Source: an uncultured Verrucomicrobiae bacterium (GTDB lineage Bacteria; Verrucomicrobiota; Verrucomicrobiia; Opitutales; JABDGR01). Taken from it: a stretch of DNA of 64,000 nucleotides. Location of the stretch: assembly GCA_963765205.1 (NCBI GenBank), contig CAVXVB010000008.1, positions 443,049 through 507,048 on the forward strand. The letters are read 5' to 3'. The notes below the pieces were generated by a model. That model had not been told where the DNA came from and searched no databases. It saw only the letters and a list, made by a program, of their open reading frames with translations. The translations under genes and the position numbers were made by a program. This document shows positions 7,998-17,669 of the stretch, piece by piece (position 1 is the stretch's first letter; every line of letters begins with the position of its first letter).

Positions 7998-8216
7998 AAT
8001 GGCGGGCACTATCACCCGGAATGTCCCGGGTGTCAATGCTTATGCTTTAAGTGGTTGGGTGGCGGAGACTTGAAGCCGGACTTAAGCAAACGCTGTGCCG
8101 CAGATGGAGGCGGCATGGAATCCAAGCTGCACCGCAAAGGCGCGAAGGGCAAGAAGGACGTTTTTAGCCAAGGCTAACTGAACCATCGCCCGCCATCTCT
8201 ATGTGGCTGAAAGGAA

Positions 8217-8901
8217 TTATTTCCTGGCGGTTTTACGGCGGCGGACGAAGGCAAGGCCCAAAGCGGATACGCCGCCAAACAGGCCAAACGTGGACGGCTC
8301 GGGTATGGCCCCGTTGGTCGTAAGGAATGAAGCATAACCCGTGCTGGCGGGAACATTTGCTACCGTTGCCGAAAACACCCGTGGTGGAAAAAAGGAGGGT
8401 GATCGAGGAGCCATCGGAAGGTGTAATCCAAGCAGCGCTGCCGTCAGAGGCACTCGAATCCGTATATTCCCCGTAGGCGACATTGAGGCCCACATTGGTG
8501 GCGCCGGCGTTCAGTGACGGAATCCAATAAATGGCCAAGGGGTCGCCGGCATCCCAATTGCCCGCCAGCGTGTAGGCGGCGGAACTTTTCAGCACGTTTT
8601 CGCCATGACTGGCGTTAAACGCCAAGGGCGCGGTGATTGCCAACTGAGCGAGAATCAAGTCATTGTCAGAAAGGCCAAATTCGGCGCCGGTGGAGATGTT
8701 GCCGGGGGCGAGGGACGCGAAGCCATTGCCGGTGGTGTCCGCCACCAAGAGCACCAATGAGCCGACCGGCACATTGGACGTGTTGGCGCCGCCGACCAAA
8801 AGGTCTTCCGCCTCAATGGAGAGAGTGACTGTGGCATGCGCGGGCAGCGCCAAGGCTGTTAAAACCGCAGACAGCGTCAGAAATTTGAAAATGGTTCTCA
8901 T
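8217..8901 (-). CDS. PEP-CTERM sorting domain protein (apparent frameshift near 8360)
   Basis: Signal peptide MRTIFKFL..AHA in one frame; IPEPSTFGLFGGVSALGLAFVRRRK in the other. Confidence 0.8.
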
Positions 8902-8923
8902 TGGGTGCAGGTCAAAAATGGGC

Positions 8924-10039
8924 TTACGGAGAAGAGAGCGGATAGGGGGGCGTGTAGGTCCAGACGACGCTGCCGGCAGTGGACTGGGCGGCGCGGCGCA
9001 CAACGTAGCCATAGCCCGGCTGGAAAATCACGTCGTTGTCATGAATATTATTGTCGCTGAGGCTCAGCCAGCCGTGGTTGGTGCCGTCATTGTAATAGTA
9101 ATAGATGGCGGTGGCTGATTTATTTTGGGCGACGACGGTGGGATCAAAAACCAACAACTCGTCCACAGGAGTGCCGGTGTTGGTGGCGGCAAGCACATTC
9201 TGGAGGCCGGAATTGACGAGGCTGACGGCGACGGGCACGGGGAGCGCGATGGCGTTGTCTTGCGGGGTGTGGGCGGCCAGGTTGTTGATGACAACGGATT
9301 GCGCGGACATGGGAACATTGCCGACAAGCACCAATTGGGTGTCCGTAGTGCTGGCGGGATGGCGCACAATAAACGAGGCGTCGGGCGGCAGGGGCACGTC
9401 GGGATGCAAATTGTTGTCGTTGAGGGAGAGCCAGCCCTGGTTGGTGCCATCGTTGTAATAATAATAAATCGCGGTGGCGGAGAGATTGATGCCTGGAGTC
9501 GTGGTGGGCGAAATGAGGATGGACGACCGCGGGGTGCCGTTGTTGGTTGAATAGAGGCTGGCGCCGTTAGGGAAGAGGGTGTTGAGGGTCCAGTAGGGGA
9601 TGACGCGGAAGGTGTCGCTGGTGCTGACATTGCCGACGAGGCCCGTGTCGCCGTTGTTATTGACCGTGATGGTGGTATTGCCGTTGGTGATGACGGTGTA
9701 ATACGATCCAGCACGGTTGCCGGAAGTGAACTGGAGGTAGTAAGTGTTGGACTGGGTGCCGGACACATAAACGAACTGGTTGCCGGTGAGGTTGGCGGAG
9801 GCGGAAACCGTGATGTCACTGTTGGTGCTGCCGTTGCTGGTGATGCTTTGCACCTGGGTTTCGAGCGCGACGGGGCGGTGGAAGGGCAGGGAAATGTCGG
9901 TGTCGGAGCCGCCCTTGAGGGTGAGGGTGACGGCGCCCACGGGGTCGGTGGTCACATTCTGCGCGCGGGCGGCGCCGGCGAAAGCACCGAGGGCGGCAAG
10001 GCAAGGGAGGATGGAAAAGCAGAGGCGGCGGACATTCAT
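8924..10039 (-). CDS. TIGR02597-family secreted protein
   Basis: Signal peptide then TTDPVGAVTLTLKGGSDT.ISLPFHRP; IPYWTLNTLFP. Confidence 0.8.
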   Translation of the reverse strand: MNVRRLCFSILPCLAALGAFAGAARAQNVTTDPVGAVTLTLKGGSDTDISLPFHRPVALETQVQSITSNGSTNSDITVSASANLTGNQFVYVSGTQSNTYYLQFTSGNRAGSYYTVITNGNTTITVNNNGDTGLVGNVSTSDTFRVIPYWTLNTLFPNGASLYSTNNGTPRSSILISPTTTPGINLSATAIYYYYNDGTNQGWLSLNDNNLHPDVPLPPDASFIVRHPASTTDTQLVLVGNVPMSAQSVVINNLAAHTPQDNAIALPVPVAVSLVNSGLQNVLAATNTGTPVDELLVFDPTVVAQNKSATAIYYYYNDGTNHGWLSLSDNNIHDNDVIFQPGYGYVVRRAAQSTAGSVVWTYTPPYPLSSP

Positions 10040-10405
10040 GGCGGGGCGATTATTAAAAGAGATGAGGGCGAAGGCGCCAGAGCGAATGGTGGTTAAAGTG
10101 ACGACCAACAAGCCGCCACCCCAGAAAGAGGCAGGCTGCGGCAAGAAGGCTGGCTCATGCTTATGGCCGTGATTTTCGTGGATTTTGACGACCAAGGCAA
10201 GCCCCATTTTGAGCCTGGAAACAGATAATTGTCTGCCGGCTCAATCACGGTTGACTTGCGGGGCGGAGGCTGGCATCGTTAGCCCTTTTCCCCACCTTCG
10301 GTTCGGCCAGCCGGGTTGCCCCAGGCGAAGCCGGGCCTCCTTCCACCCTTCCCCACCCGGGCGAATTTCTTCGTTTCTTAATTCTTCCTTCTTAATTTCT
10401 TTGCC

Positions 10406-12157
10406 ATGATCATCTGGTTCCAGCGGAATTTTGCCAAGCATAACAAGTGGATTTTGATGGCCTTTCTGGTCGTGCTGCTGCTGTCGTTCATCGTCGGCAT
10501 CGGGGCGGTGCCGCGCGGTTCGCTGACGGCGCAGCGCGAGACGAAGAAGATGTTCCTGGGCGTGGACCTGAGCAACGCGGAGGAAATGCAGGCCATGGCG
10601 CGCGCGGTGGAATTCACCTACGACCGGCTGTATGGGCAGCAGATTGAGGACCAGCGCCAACTCGGCCTGTTGCTGGACCAGCGCGTGGCGCTGAAATATC
10701 TGGCCGGGCAGTGGCAAATCCCCGACCCGACGCCCCAGCAAATCGAGGACTATGTCCGGACCCTGCCGGCGTTCCGCGGAGCGGATGGCAAATTCAGCAA
10801 CGACAGCTACGTCCTGTTCCGCGATGAGGTGCAGGCTTCGGGGAAGGACCAAAGCAACGAGGCCGCGAGCATCCTGGCGGAGGATTGCCGACTGGACCGG
10901 GTGCGGCAAATTCTGGGCGGGCCGGGCTACCGGCTGCCGGGGGATGTGCAAACCGTCCTGATGCAGATTCAAAATTCGCAGGACACTTTCAAATATGATT
11001 TGGAGGCGGCGACGCTGGACCTGGCCAAATTCGAGCCTAAAATTGAGACCGACCCGGCCAAGCTGCAGCCCGAGCTGCAAAAACTTTTTGACAGCGACCC
11101 GAGCAAGTTCCAGCAGCCCGCGCTGGCGCAGCTGAGCTACGTTAAATTCCCGGCAGCGACCGTGCCCGAGGCGACGGCGGAGCAACTGCACGACTACGCG
11201 ACGGCGCACAAGGACAAGTATCCCGGCATCGCCACCGGAACCATGAGCGACCAGGATTGGGCGAAGGTGGCCACGGACTGGCGGGCGGACCAAAAGGACG
11301 CCGCGGTAACGGCGGCCAAGACGGCGGCGATGACCTATGCGCAGGAATTACTCAAGCTCCAGACGTCGTTGGGCAAGCCGGATTTCGCCGCCCTTTTGAC
11401 AAAATATAATTTGACGATGCAGTCGCTGCCGCTGCTGACCCAGGGCCAGCCCGCGCCGGCGGATTCACCCATTGCCGACGATGTTTTGCAGCAAGTGGCC
11501 TTTAACCTGAACGCGCAGCAGTATTTCTACCCGGTGCCGATGACGGACGGGGCGGCGGCGGTGGTCTTTCTTGTTCAAAGCACGCCGGCGCGCCCTTCGA
11601 CGTTCGTCGAGGCAAAAGACGCGGTGCTCAAAGCCTATACGGCGCAGGAAAAGGCGAAGCAAGTCAGCGCCCGGGGCGACGAAATGAGCGCGGCCATCGC
11701 CAAAGACCTGGCGGCGGGCAAAACCTTCCGCGAGGCCGCGCAGGCCCAGAACCTGACGGTGAAGGATTATGCCGACGTTTCCGACGCGGGCTTGCGTGAC
11801 GCGGCGATGGAAGTCATGAGTTCCACGAGCAAGGACGCCACGCCGACGACCCCGACCAGCCCGCTGGCGGCGATGGGGCGCGATTTGCTGGGAGCCCTCG
11901 CCAATCCCGACGCCAACGGCGTACCCTTTTTACTGACCCTGCATCCGGGCGAAGTGAGCAAAATGGTGCTGGGCGCGGACACGGGCGTGATATTCCATGT
12001 CACCAAGCGTGAGCCGGCGCAAATCGAGGTGGATGCGCCCGAGGTCAAGCAATTGCAGGACTATCTGACGCAGCAGGAGGCCGCCTTTGACGCGGGCCTG
12101 AGCCTGACGCGGCTGCTGCAAGCGAATGCGCCGGCGACGAAGCCCGCAGGGAGCTAA
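10406..12157 (+). CDS. SurA N-terminal domain / PpiD-like membrane-anchored chaperone
   Basis: N-terminal TM, PAFRGADGKFS, TFVEAKDAV motifs. Confidence 0.7.
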   Translation: MIIWFQRNFAKHNKWILMAFLVVLLLSFIVGIGAVPRGSLTAQRETKKMFLGVDLSNAEEMQAMARAVEFTYDRLYGQQIEDQRQLGLLLDQRVALKYLAGQWQIPDPTPQQIEDYVRTLPAFRGADGKFSNDSYVLFRDEVQASGKDQSNEAASILAEDCRLDRVRQILGGPGYRLPGDVQTVLMQIQNSQDTFKYDLEAATLDLAKFEPKIETDPAKLQPELQKLFDSDPSKFQQPALAQLSYVKFPAATVPEATAEQLHDYATAHKDKYPGIATGTMSDQDWAKVATDWRADQKDAAVTAAKTAAMTYAQELLKLQTSLGKPDFAALLTKYNLTMQSLPLLTQGQPAPADSPIADDVLQQVAFNLNAQQYFYPVPMTDGAAAVVFLVQSTPARPSTFVEAKDAVLKAYTAQEKAKQVSARGDEMSAAIAKDLAAGKTFREAAQAQNLTVKDYADVSDAGLRDAAMEVMSSTSKDATPTTPTSPLAAMGRDLLGALANPDANGVPFLLTLHPGEVSKMVLGADTGVIFHVTKREPAQIEVDAPEVKQLQDYLTQQEAAFDAGLSLTRLLQANAPATKPAGS

Positions 12158-12295
12158 GAATTTCTGATTGCTGAGTGCAGAATTCTGAAGGCTGAGTCCC
12201 GAGTGCCGAAGACAAGTTCGGGTATTATGAGATTCTTTAGCCAGAGCGCGGGCTAAAGCACTGCGCTTCGGATCGAACCAATTTGAAGACAAAGT

Positions 12296-12709
12296 CTACC
12301 GGCTCACCGCCGGGTTGTCGAAAAACACCAGCTTTTCGCGGCCGGGTTCTCCAAGCAGGGCCACCGCCCGGTTCGGGAAGAGAGAGAGCAATTGCTCATC
12401 GGAAATCGTCGGCACCGGCGGCGCACTGGCGGCGAGCGGGGCGGGATAGATTTTCAGCGAAAGGTGCGCAACGGCGAAAGTTGAAATGTTTGCTTGCGGA
12501 GTGGCCGGCTCTTTGGTCTCTCGCCAAAGCAGCACCGTGGCCAGCGCCAGCACGGGCACAGACGCAAGCGCGGCGGAGCGCAGCGCGCGATGGCGGCGCC
12601 GGGCGCGCAAAGCGGCCAGGCTGGCGCCGAGGGAGTTTTGGCGGAGGGTTTCGAGGGTCTCGTCCGCAAAAACGTCCTTCAACAAATCATCGGGTTCGGG
12701 ACGGTTCAT
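12296..12709 (-). CDS. Single-TM protein, putative anti-sigma factor
   Basis: MNRPEPDDLL..RARRRHR + TM; ATGA overlap with the sigma gene stop. Confidence 0.6.
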   Translation of the reverse strand: MNRPEPDDLLKDVFADETLETLRQNSLGASLAALRARRRHRALRSAALASVPVLALATVLLWRETKEPATPQANISTFAVAHLSLKIYPAPLAASAPPVPTISDEQLLSLFPNRAVALLGEPGREKLVFFDNPAVSR

Positions 12710-13353
12710 GGTTGGCGGAGTTTGGCGAGGGCGCGTTCGCGTAATTCGCGGCGCAGGCGCAAGAGGCGCGATTCGACGGCTTTGACCGTCAAGCCGGTGC
12801 GGCTGGCGAGTTCGGCGACGGTCGCGCCGGAAAAGTATTTGCCCTGCACCAGCGCACGGTCGTCCGCGTCGAGTTCGGCGAGACATTCGTCGAGGATAGC
12901 GGTGAGACGCGCGTCGGCGGTGGCGGGCGCGGCAGGAAGTTCCCGGCGTTTGAAAAAGGCGAAACTTTGCAGGAGCGCGGCGTAGCGGGAGCGTTTGCGG
13001 CCGGCATCGCGCGCGGCATTGCGGGCGATGGCTTTGAGCCAGCACCAGAAGACCGTTTCGTTGTCGAACGGCCGGGCGGAGCGGGCGACGCGCAGGAGCG
13101 TTTCCTGGAGGGCCTCGCGCGCCTCGTCCTCCCGCCCGCGGGCGACGACGAGGAGGAATTGGTAGAGGCGGTCGAAATACTGCGCGTGAAATTCGCGGAA
13201 CGCGGCCTCGTCACCCGCCGCGAGCCGTTGCGTGAGCGCCGCGATGCCAAGGGGCGCGGCGCCATCCATCGGCATGGTTCGGCCAGCCATAGGTCGCGAA
13301 GGCGTCAAACCCAAGGAAGCAAGCGGGTGCGTGGCAGCGGAGGGGTGGGCCAT
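12706..13353 (-). CDS. ECF sigma-70 factor (start uncertain)
   Basis: GDEAAFREF..YFDRLY, EALQET, WLKAIARN and region 4 KAVESRLLRLR. Confidence 0.9.
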   Translation of the reverse strand: MAHPSAATHPLASLGLTPSRPMAGRTMPMDGAAPLGIAALTQRLAAGDEAAFREFHAQYFDRLYQFLLVVARGREDEAREALQETLLRVARSARPFDNETVFWCWLKAIARNAARDAGRKRSRYAALLQSFAFFKRRELPAAPATADARLTAILDECLAELDADDRALVQGKYFSGATVAELASRTGLTVKAVESRLLRLRRELRERALAKLRQP

Positions 13354-13377
13354 GGAGGTTGGCAAGGAAGAAGGCGG

Positions 13378-14628
13378 TCAGGGAGAAGCGGACGGTTTAT
13401 TGGCAAGAAGGCTCCAATCCACGTAAATATCGTCGCCATCCAGGAGAACCATGTCCTTGTCCTTTTGGTTTTTCAAGAGCACGGCATCCACATCCACCTT
13501 GTAGGTGTGTAATTGTTCCTTGCCGTCTGGTCCCTTTTCCCAACGTAGCAGGTTCACGATATGCTTGGAAAAATCCGTCCAGCCGGCCATGGTGACAGCT
13601 TGCGAGACGGTCAACGGTTCGTAGGAATGCAGCACAATCCGCAATGCGGGTTGGTGCTGGATTTCGCCAGTGACAAGGACGTAGCCGTTGGTGGCGGCCC
13701 AAGCTTTGGCGACATTAGCAGTATTTTGGAGGTCGGCTTGGCTATCCGGAGCGGCAAACGGGTTGTTGTTGGTATCGGGTGTCTGGGTCAGCGCGCCAAT
13801 CACTTTATTCGCCACATCGAGTTCTTGAGGCGTGCCCGTGACGACCAGCAGGTACGCGCCTTTGTGGAACTGATAATGAGGCTGGGTGGCATCCCCGAAG
13901 GTCGGGTCCAAATCTTTCAAGGTCTTGAAAATGATGTCGGACACTGCCGCCAATTTATCCTGGATGGTTTTATCGTCGGCCTTCCCGTCGGCGGTATTGA
14001 AGTAACTGTTCAGATTATACACCGCTATTCCGCGCTCGGGAGTGTCATGCAGCCGGAGGGCAAAAATGCCTGGGCGGATTTCCTCCGAAAGAACAGCGCT
14101 ATCGGAGCTGGCTTGGATGGCCGCGCAAACATCCCCGGCGGAAAACTCCGGCAAATGCAACACCAGGTCGCGCAGTTGATACTGGTCCACACCAGGGCCA
14201 AAGACGATGCTGGGGGCGAAACTGCGCTTGTTCATATAATCCAAGATATTGCCGATGGTGGCCAGGACGGTGTCTTTGCCGTTTTCCAGGATCGCTCCAT
14301 GGCGAATTTCGAGGTCAAAGGGCATGGTCTTCATGTCACCGGAGGTGCCATCGAGCATCGTCACATGACCGACCACCTGGCCGCGGGAAATAATATCCTG
14401 GACGATAGGCGGCGTGACGGCCGGATGCTCGGCCGATGATGTTGACGGCGGCGGGGCCGGTGTTGCTGGCGCGGGGATGACTTCGCCCGGAAACGGGTCT
14501 CTCACGTGCATTCCATTTTGGTCCACCAACGGAGGCCCGGAGGTGGGTTGGTCAGCTGCCGCTACCGGCAGCGCTAGGAGCAGGCCGGCAAGGACAAGGC
14601 TGGAACGAAGTGCAGAAATAAATTTCAT
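13378..14628 (-). CDS. Secreted protein with secretin-N-like and SLBB-like segments
   Basis: Signal peptide; LLVVTGTPQEL; VTGEI..LTVSQAVTMAG..LLDGDDIYV. Confidence 0.55.
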   Translation of the reverse strand: MKFISALRSSLVLAGLLLALPVAAADQPTSGPPLVDQNGMHVRDPFPGEVIPAPATPAPPPSTSSAEHPAVTPPIVQDIISRGQVVGHVTMLDGTSGDMKTMPFDLEIRHGAILENGKDTVLATIGNILDYMNKRSFAPSIVFGPGVDQYQLRDLVLHLPEFSAGDVCAAIQASSDSAVLSEEIRPGIFALRLHDTPERGIAVYNLNSYFNTADGKADDKTIQDKLAAVSDIIFKTLKDLDPTFGDATQPHYQFHKGAYLLVVTGTPQELDVANKVIGALTQTPDTNNNPFAAPDSQADLQNTANVAKAWAATNGYVLVTGEIQHQPALRIVLHSYEPLTVSQAVTMAGWTDFSKHIVNLLRWEKGPDGKEQLHTYKVDVDAVLLKNQKDKDMVLLDGDDIYVDWSLLANKPSASP

Positions 14629-14717
14629 GGCGGGGGATGATTGATTTCGGATTCAGTGGTTTCATCCCACTACACGCCCGCCAGGGCGCAAATCACGTAA
14701 GTAATTCATTCAAGTCG

Positions 14718-15014
14718 TCAACCCCGGCCATAAATCGAATGGGTACCGATATCAAGGGTGTAAATAACCTCGCCATGCACGCAGAAAACCACCCGCAAAT
14801 CCTTGGCAATTTCAACGGCAAAAATCGTTTCGCCCGCACGGGCCGAAAGCGCGTGGATTTTGTGCGGGCGCAGGGCGGGATCGAATGGGTTGACTTTGAA
14901 CTTGGCCCAGGCGGCACGGCTCTGTTCCTTTTGCTCGGACGGCAACGCATGGAAGTGTTTCCAGAACGTCTCCGAAGCCTTGAATTGATAAGGCTTAACC
15001 GGGGTAGGGTGCAT
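14718..15014 (-). CDS. RelE/ParE-superfamily toxin
   Basis: ASETFWKHF..NPFDPALRPHKI..DLRVVF..LDIGTHSIY. Confidence 0.75.
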   Translation of the reverse strand: MHPTPVKPYQFKASETFWKHFHALPSEQKEQSRAAWAKFKVNPFDPALRPHKIHALSARAGETIFAVEIAKDLRVVFCVHGEVIYTLDIGTHSIYGRG

Positions 15015-15195
15015 GGAGAGCCTTTTCCATGTCTACGACGCGGCCTTCGGCAATGTCCTTCAGACCTTGCAAAAACGAGGCAGGAATCGCGTCGCTCTCC
15101 GCAGCGCGGCCTGCGCGGGCAGCTTTGCGACGGGGCGGCGACGCGTGGCGAACCTTGCGTTGCGGCGGTGCCTTGATGGCGGTCACAGGGGGCAT
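14995..15195 (-). CDS. Putative type II antitoxin
   Basis: Small ORF overlapping the toxin start; FLQGLKDIAEGRVV motif. Confidence 0.65.
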   Translation of the reverse strand: MPPVTAIKAPPQRKVRHASPPRRKAARAGRAAESDAIPASFLQGLKDIAEGRVVDMEKALHAPYPG

Positions 15196-15239
15196 AATCG
15201 TAAGGATAATACAGATTTAGGGTATCCGCCAAGTCTATT

Positions 15240-15941
15240 TCAATTTCCCTTCTGTCCATAGTATGCGGTTGCACCGTGCTTACGGCGGAAATGTTTTTCG
15301 TGCAGGGCCTTGGGAATCGGAGGCATCGCGGGCTGCAATTGCAGGGTCCAGAGGGCCATTTGCGCGATGGCTTCGAGCGCGAGCGCGGTGTCCATGGCTT
15401 TCGCTGCGGAGACGCCCCAGACGAACACGCCGTGGTGGCGCACGAGGGCCGCGGGCACGTCGAGGGGGTTCAAGTCGCGGAAGCGTTCGACGATGACGTT
15501 GCCCGTTTCCCATTCGTAGTCGCGGGCGATTTCGGCGGGGGTGAGCGCGCGGGTGAGCGGCACGGGGCCGTCAAAATAATCGGCGTGGGTGGTGCCGAGG
15601 TTGGGGATTTCGCGCGCGGCCTGGGCGAAGGCGACGGCGTGGCGCGAGTGGGTGTGGACAATCGAGCGCACGCCGGTGAAAGCGCGAAACAGGCAGCGGT
15701 GCGTCGGCGTGTCGGACGAGGGGCGCAGTTTCCCGGCGACGATTTGGCCGTCCAAGTCCACCAGCACAATGTCCGCGGGTTTCAATTTCTCATACGGCAC
15801 GCCGCTGGGCTTGATGGCGAAGACGCCGGCGGCGGGGTCGAGCACGCTGACGTTGCCGAAAGTAAGATCCACCAGCCCGGCCTGGGGCAGGACGCGGTTG
15901 GCGGCGCAGCATTCTTCGCGGATCGTGTAAAATTTTTTCAT
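15240..15941 (-). CDS. araD: L-ribulose-5-phosphate 4-epimerase
   Basis: TFGNVS, IKPSG, PSSDTPTH, HTHS, GTTHADYF, YYGQ. Confidence 0.95.
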   Translation of the reverse strand: MKKFYTIREECCAANRVLPQAGLVDLTFGNVSVLDPAAGVFAIKPSGVPYEKLKPADIVLVDLDGQIVAGKLRPSSDTPTHRCLFRAFTGVRSIVHTHSRHAVAFAQAAREIPNLGTTHADYFDGPVPLTRALTPAEIARDYEWETGNVIVERFRDLNPLDVPAALVRHHGVFVWGVSAAKAMDTALALEAIAQMALWTLQLQPAMPPIPKALHEKHFRRKHGATAYYGQKGN

Positions 15942-15954
15942 GGAAGAGGAAGTA

Positions 15955-16022
15955 ACCACGGAGGACACGGAGAGCACGGAGGGCGGATTTATAAAAATTT
16001 CTCTGTGTCCTCCGTGGTTAGT
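15955..16022. repeat. Nonamer (CACGGAGRR) palindromic element
   Basis: accacggaggacacggagagcacggag ... ctctgtgtcctccgtggtt; a related copy lies at 17583-17667. Confidence 0.75.
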
Positions 16023-16030
16023 TTCTGGTT

Positions 16031-17545
16031 TTATACCGAACCCAGCCCCGGGGCGAGGTGGTAATACAGTTCGTTCCAGCGCAGTTCGCGCTTGGCGTTG
16101 CACATCGTGGTGTGCTCGGCGATGAGGAAAAATTCGACGCCGGCCATATCGGCGAAGTTCTCGACGTGCTCCTTCGTGAGCGCGGGGCTGAAGGCGGTGT
16201 GGTGCGCGCCGCCGGCGAGGATCCACGCCGCCGCCGCCGTCGCGAAATCGGGTTGCGGCTCCCAGACCGTGCGTGCGACCGGCAATTTCGGCAGCGTGGG
16301 GTGCGCGACGGCGGTGACTTGGTTGACAAGGAGGCGGAAGCGGTTGCCCAAATCAACCAGCGAGGCGTTGACGGCGGGGCCGGGCGCGGCGTCGAACACG
16401 AGGCGCACGGGGTCGGCCTTGCCGCCGATGCCGAGGGGGTGGATTTCGAGGCGGGGCTGGGCGTCGGCGATGGTCGGGCAGATTTCGAGCATGTGCGCGC
16501 CGAGCACTTTGCGGTTTCCTTCCTCAAGATGATACGTGTAGTCCTCCATGAACGACACGCCGCCAGGCAGGCCGTCGGCCATGACCTTGAACGCGCGGAC
16601 GAGCGCGGCAGTTTTCCAGTCGCCTTCGGCGGAAAAGCCGTAGCCGTCGGCCATCAGGCGCTGCACGGCGAGGCCGGGCAGTTGCGCGAGGCCGTGCAAG
16701 TCCTCGAAAGTGGTGGTGAAGCCCTTGAAGCCGCCCTCCTCCAAAAACGCGCGCAGACCCAGCTCGATTTTCGCGCCGTCGCGCAGGGCCGCGTGCCGTG
16801 CGCCGCCCTTGCGCAGTTCGGGCGCGAGCGCATATTCCTCCGCGTATTTCGCGCAGAGCCGGTCGGCGGCAGCGTCCTTGACGGCGTGGACTTTCGCGGC
16901 GAGGTCGCCGACGCCGTAGCCGTTGACGGAAAAACCGAAGGCGATTTCCGCGGAAACCTTGTCGCCCTCGGTGACAGCGACCTGGCGCATGTTGTCGCCA
17001 AAGCGCGCGAACTTGGCGCCCTGCCAGTCGTGCCACGCGCGGGCCGCGCGCATCCACGCGCCCAGCGCGGCGAGGACATCTTTATCCGCCCAATGGCCGA
17101 CGATGATTTTGCGGTCGAGGCGCAGGCGCGCGCCGATGAAGCCGAACTCGCGGTCGCCGTGGGCGGCCTGGTTGAGGTTCATGAAATCCATGTCAATCGC
17201 GTCCCACGGCAGGTCGCGGTTGAACTGGGTGTGCAGGTGCGCGAGGGGCTTGCGCAAATTTTTCAGGCCGTTGATCCACATTTTCGCGGGCGAAAACGTG
17301 TGCATCCACGCGACCAGGCCGACGCAATTCGGCGCGACATTGGCCTCGTCCATGATCTGCGTGATTTCATCCGGGCGGGTCAGGACGGGCTTGAGGACGA
17401 CCTTGAGCGGCAGTTCCTCCGCCTGGTTGAACGCGCGGGCGATGACCTGCGCGTTGGCGGCGACTTTTTTCAGCGCGGCCTCGCCGTAGAGATGCTGGCT
17501 GCCAACGAGGAACCAGCCTTCGAGGTTTTTGGGGAGGTGGATCAT
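16031..17545 (-). CDS. araA: L-arabinose isomerase
   Basis: [48 protein letters not shown]. Confidence 0.97.
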   Translation of the reverse strand: MIHLPKNLEGWFLVGSQHLYGEAALKKVAANAQVIARAFNQAEELPLKVVLKPVLTRPDEITQIMDEANVAPNCVGLVAWMHTFSPAKMWINGLKNLRKPLAHLHTQFNRDLPWDAIDMDFMNLNQAAHGDREFGFIGARLRLDRKIIVGHWADKDVLAALGAWMRAARAWHDWQGAKFARFGDNMRQVAVTEGDKVSAEIAFGFSVNGYGVGDLAAKVHAVKDAAADRLCAKYAEEYALAPELRKGGARHAALRDGAKIELGLRAFLEEGGFKGFTTTFEDLHGLAQLPGLAVQRLMADGYGFSAEGDWKTAALVRAFKVMADGLPGGVSFMEDYTYHLEEGNRKVLGAHMLEICPTIADAQPRLEIHPLGIGGKADPVRLVFDAAPGPAVNASLVDLGNRFRLLVNQVTAVAHPTLPKLPVARTVWEPQPDFATAAAAWILAGGAHHTAFSPALTKEHVENFADMAGVEFFLIAEHTTMCNAKRELRWNELYYHLAPGLGSV

Positions 17546-17582
17546 GGGGAATGAAAAATGGAAAATGGAGGCAAAAGAGATT

Positions 17583-17667
17583 TAACCACGGAGAACACGG
17601 AGGGCACGGAGAAAGATAGCGTCGGCTTAAATTCCCTCCGTGTCCTCTGTGTTCTCAGTGGTTTAAT
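17583..17667. repeat. Nonamer (CACGGAGRR) palindromic element
   Basis: taaccacggagaacacggagggcacggag ... ctccgtgtcctctgtgttctcagtggtttaa. Confidence 0.75.
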
Positions 17668-17669
17668 TT

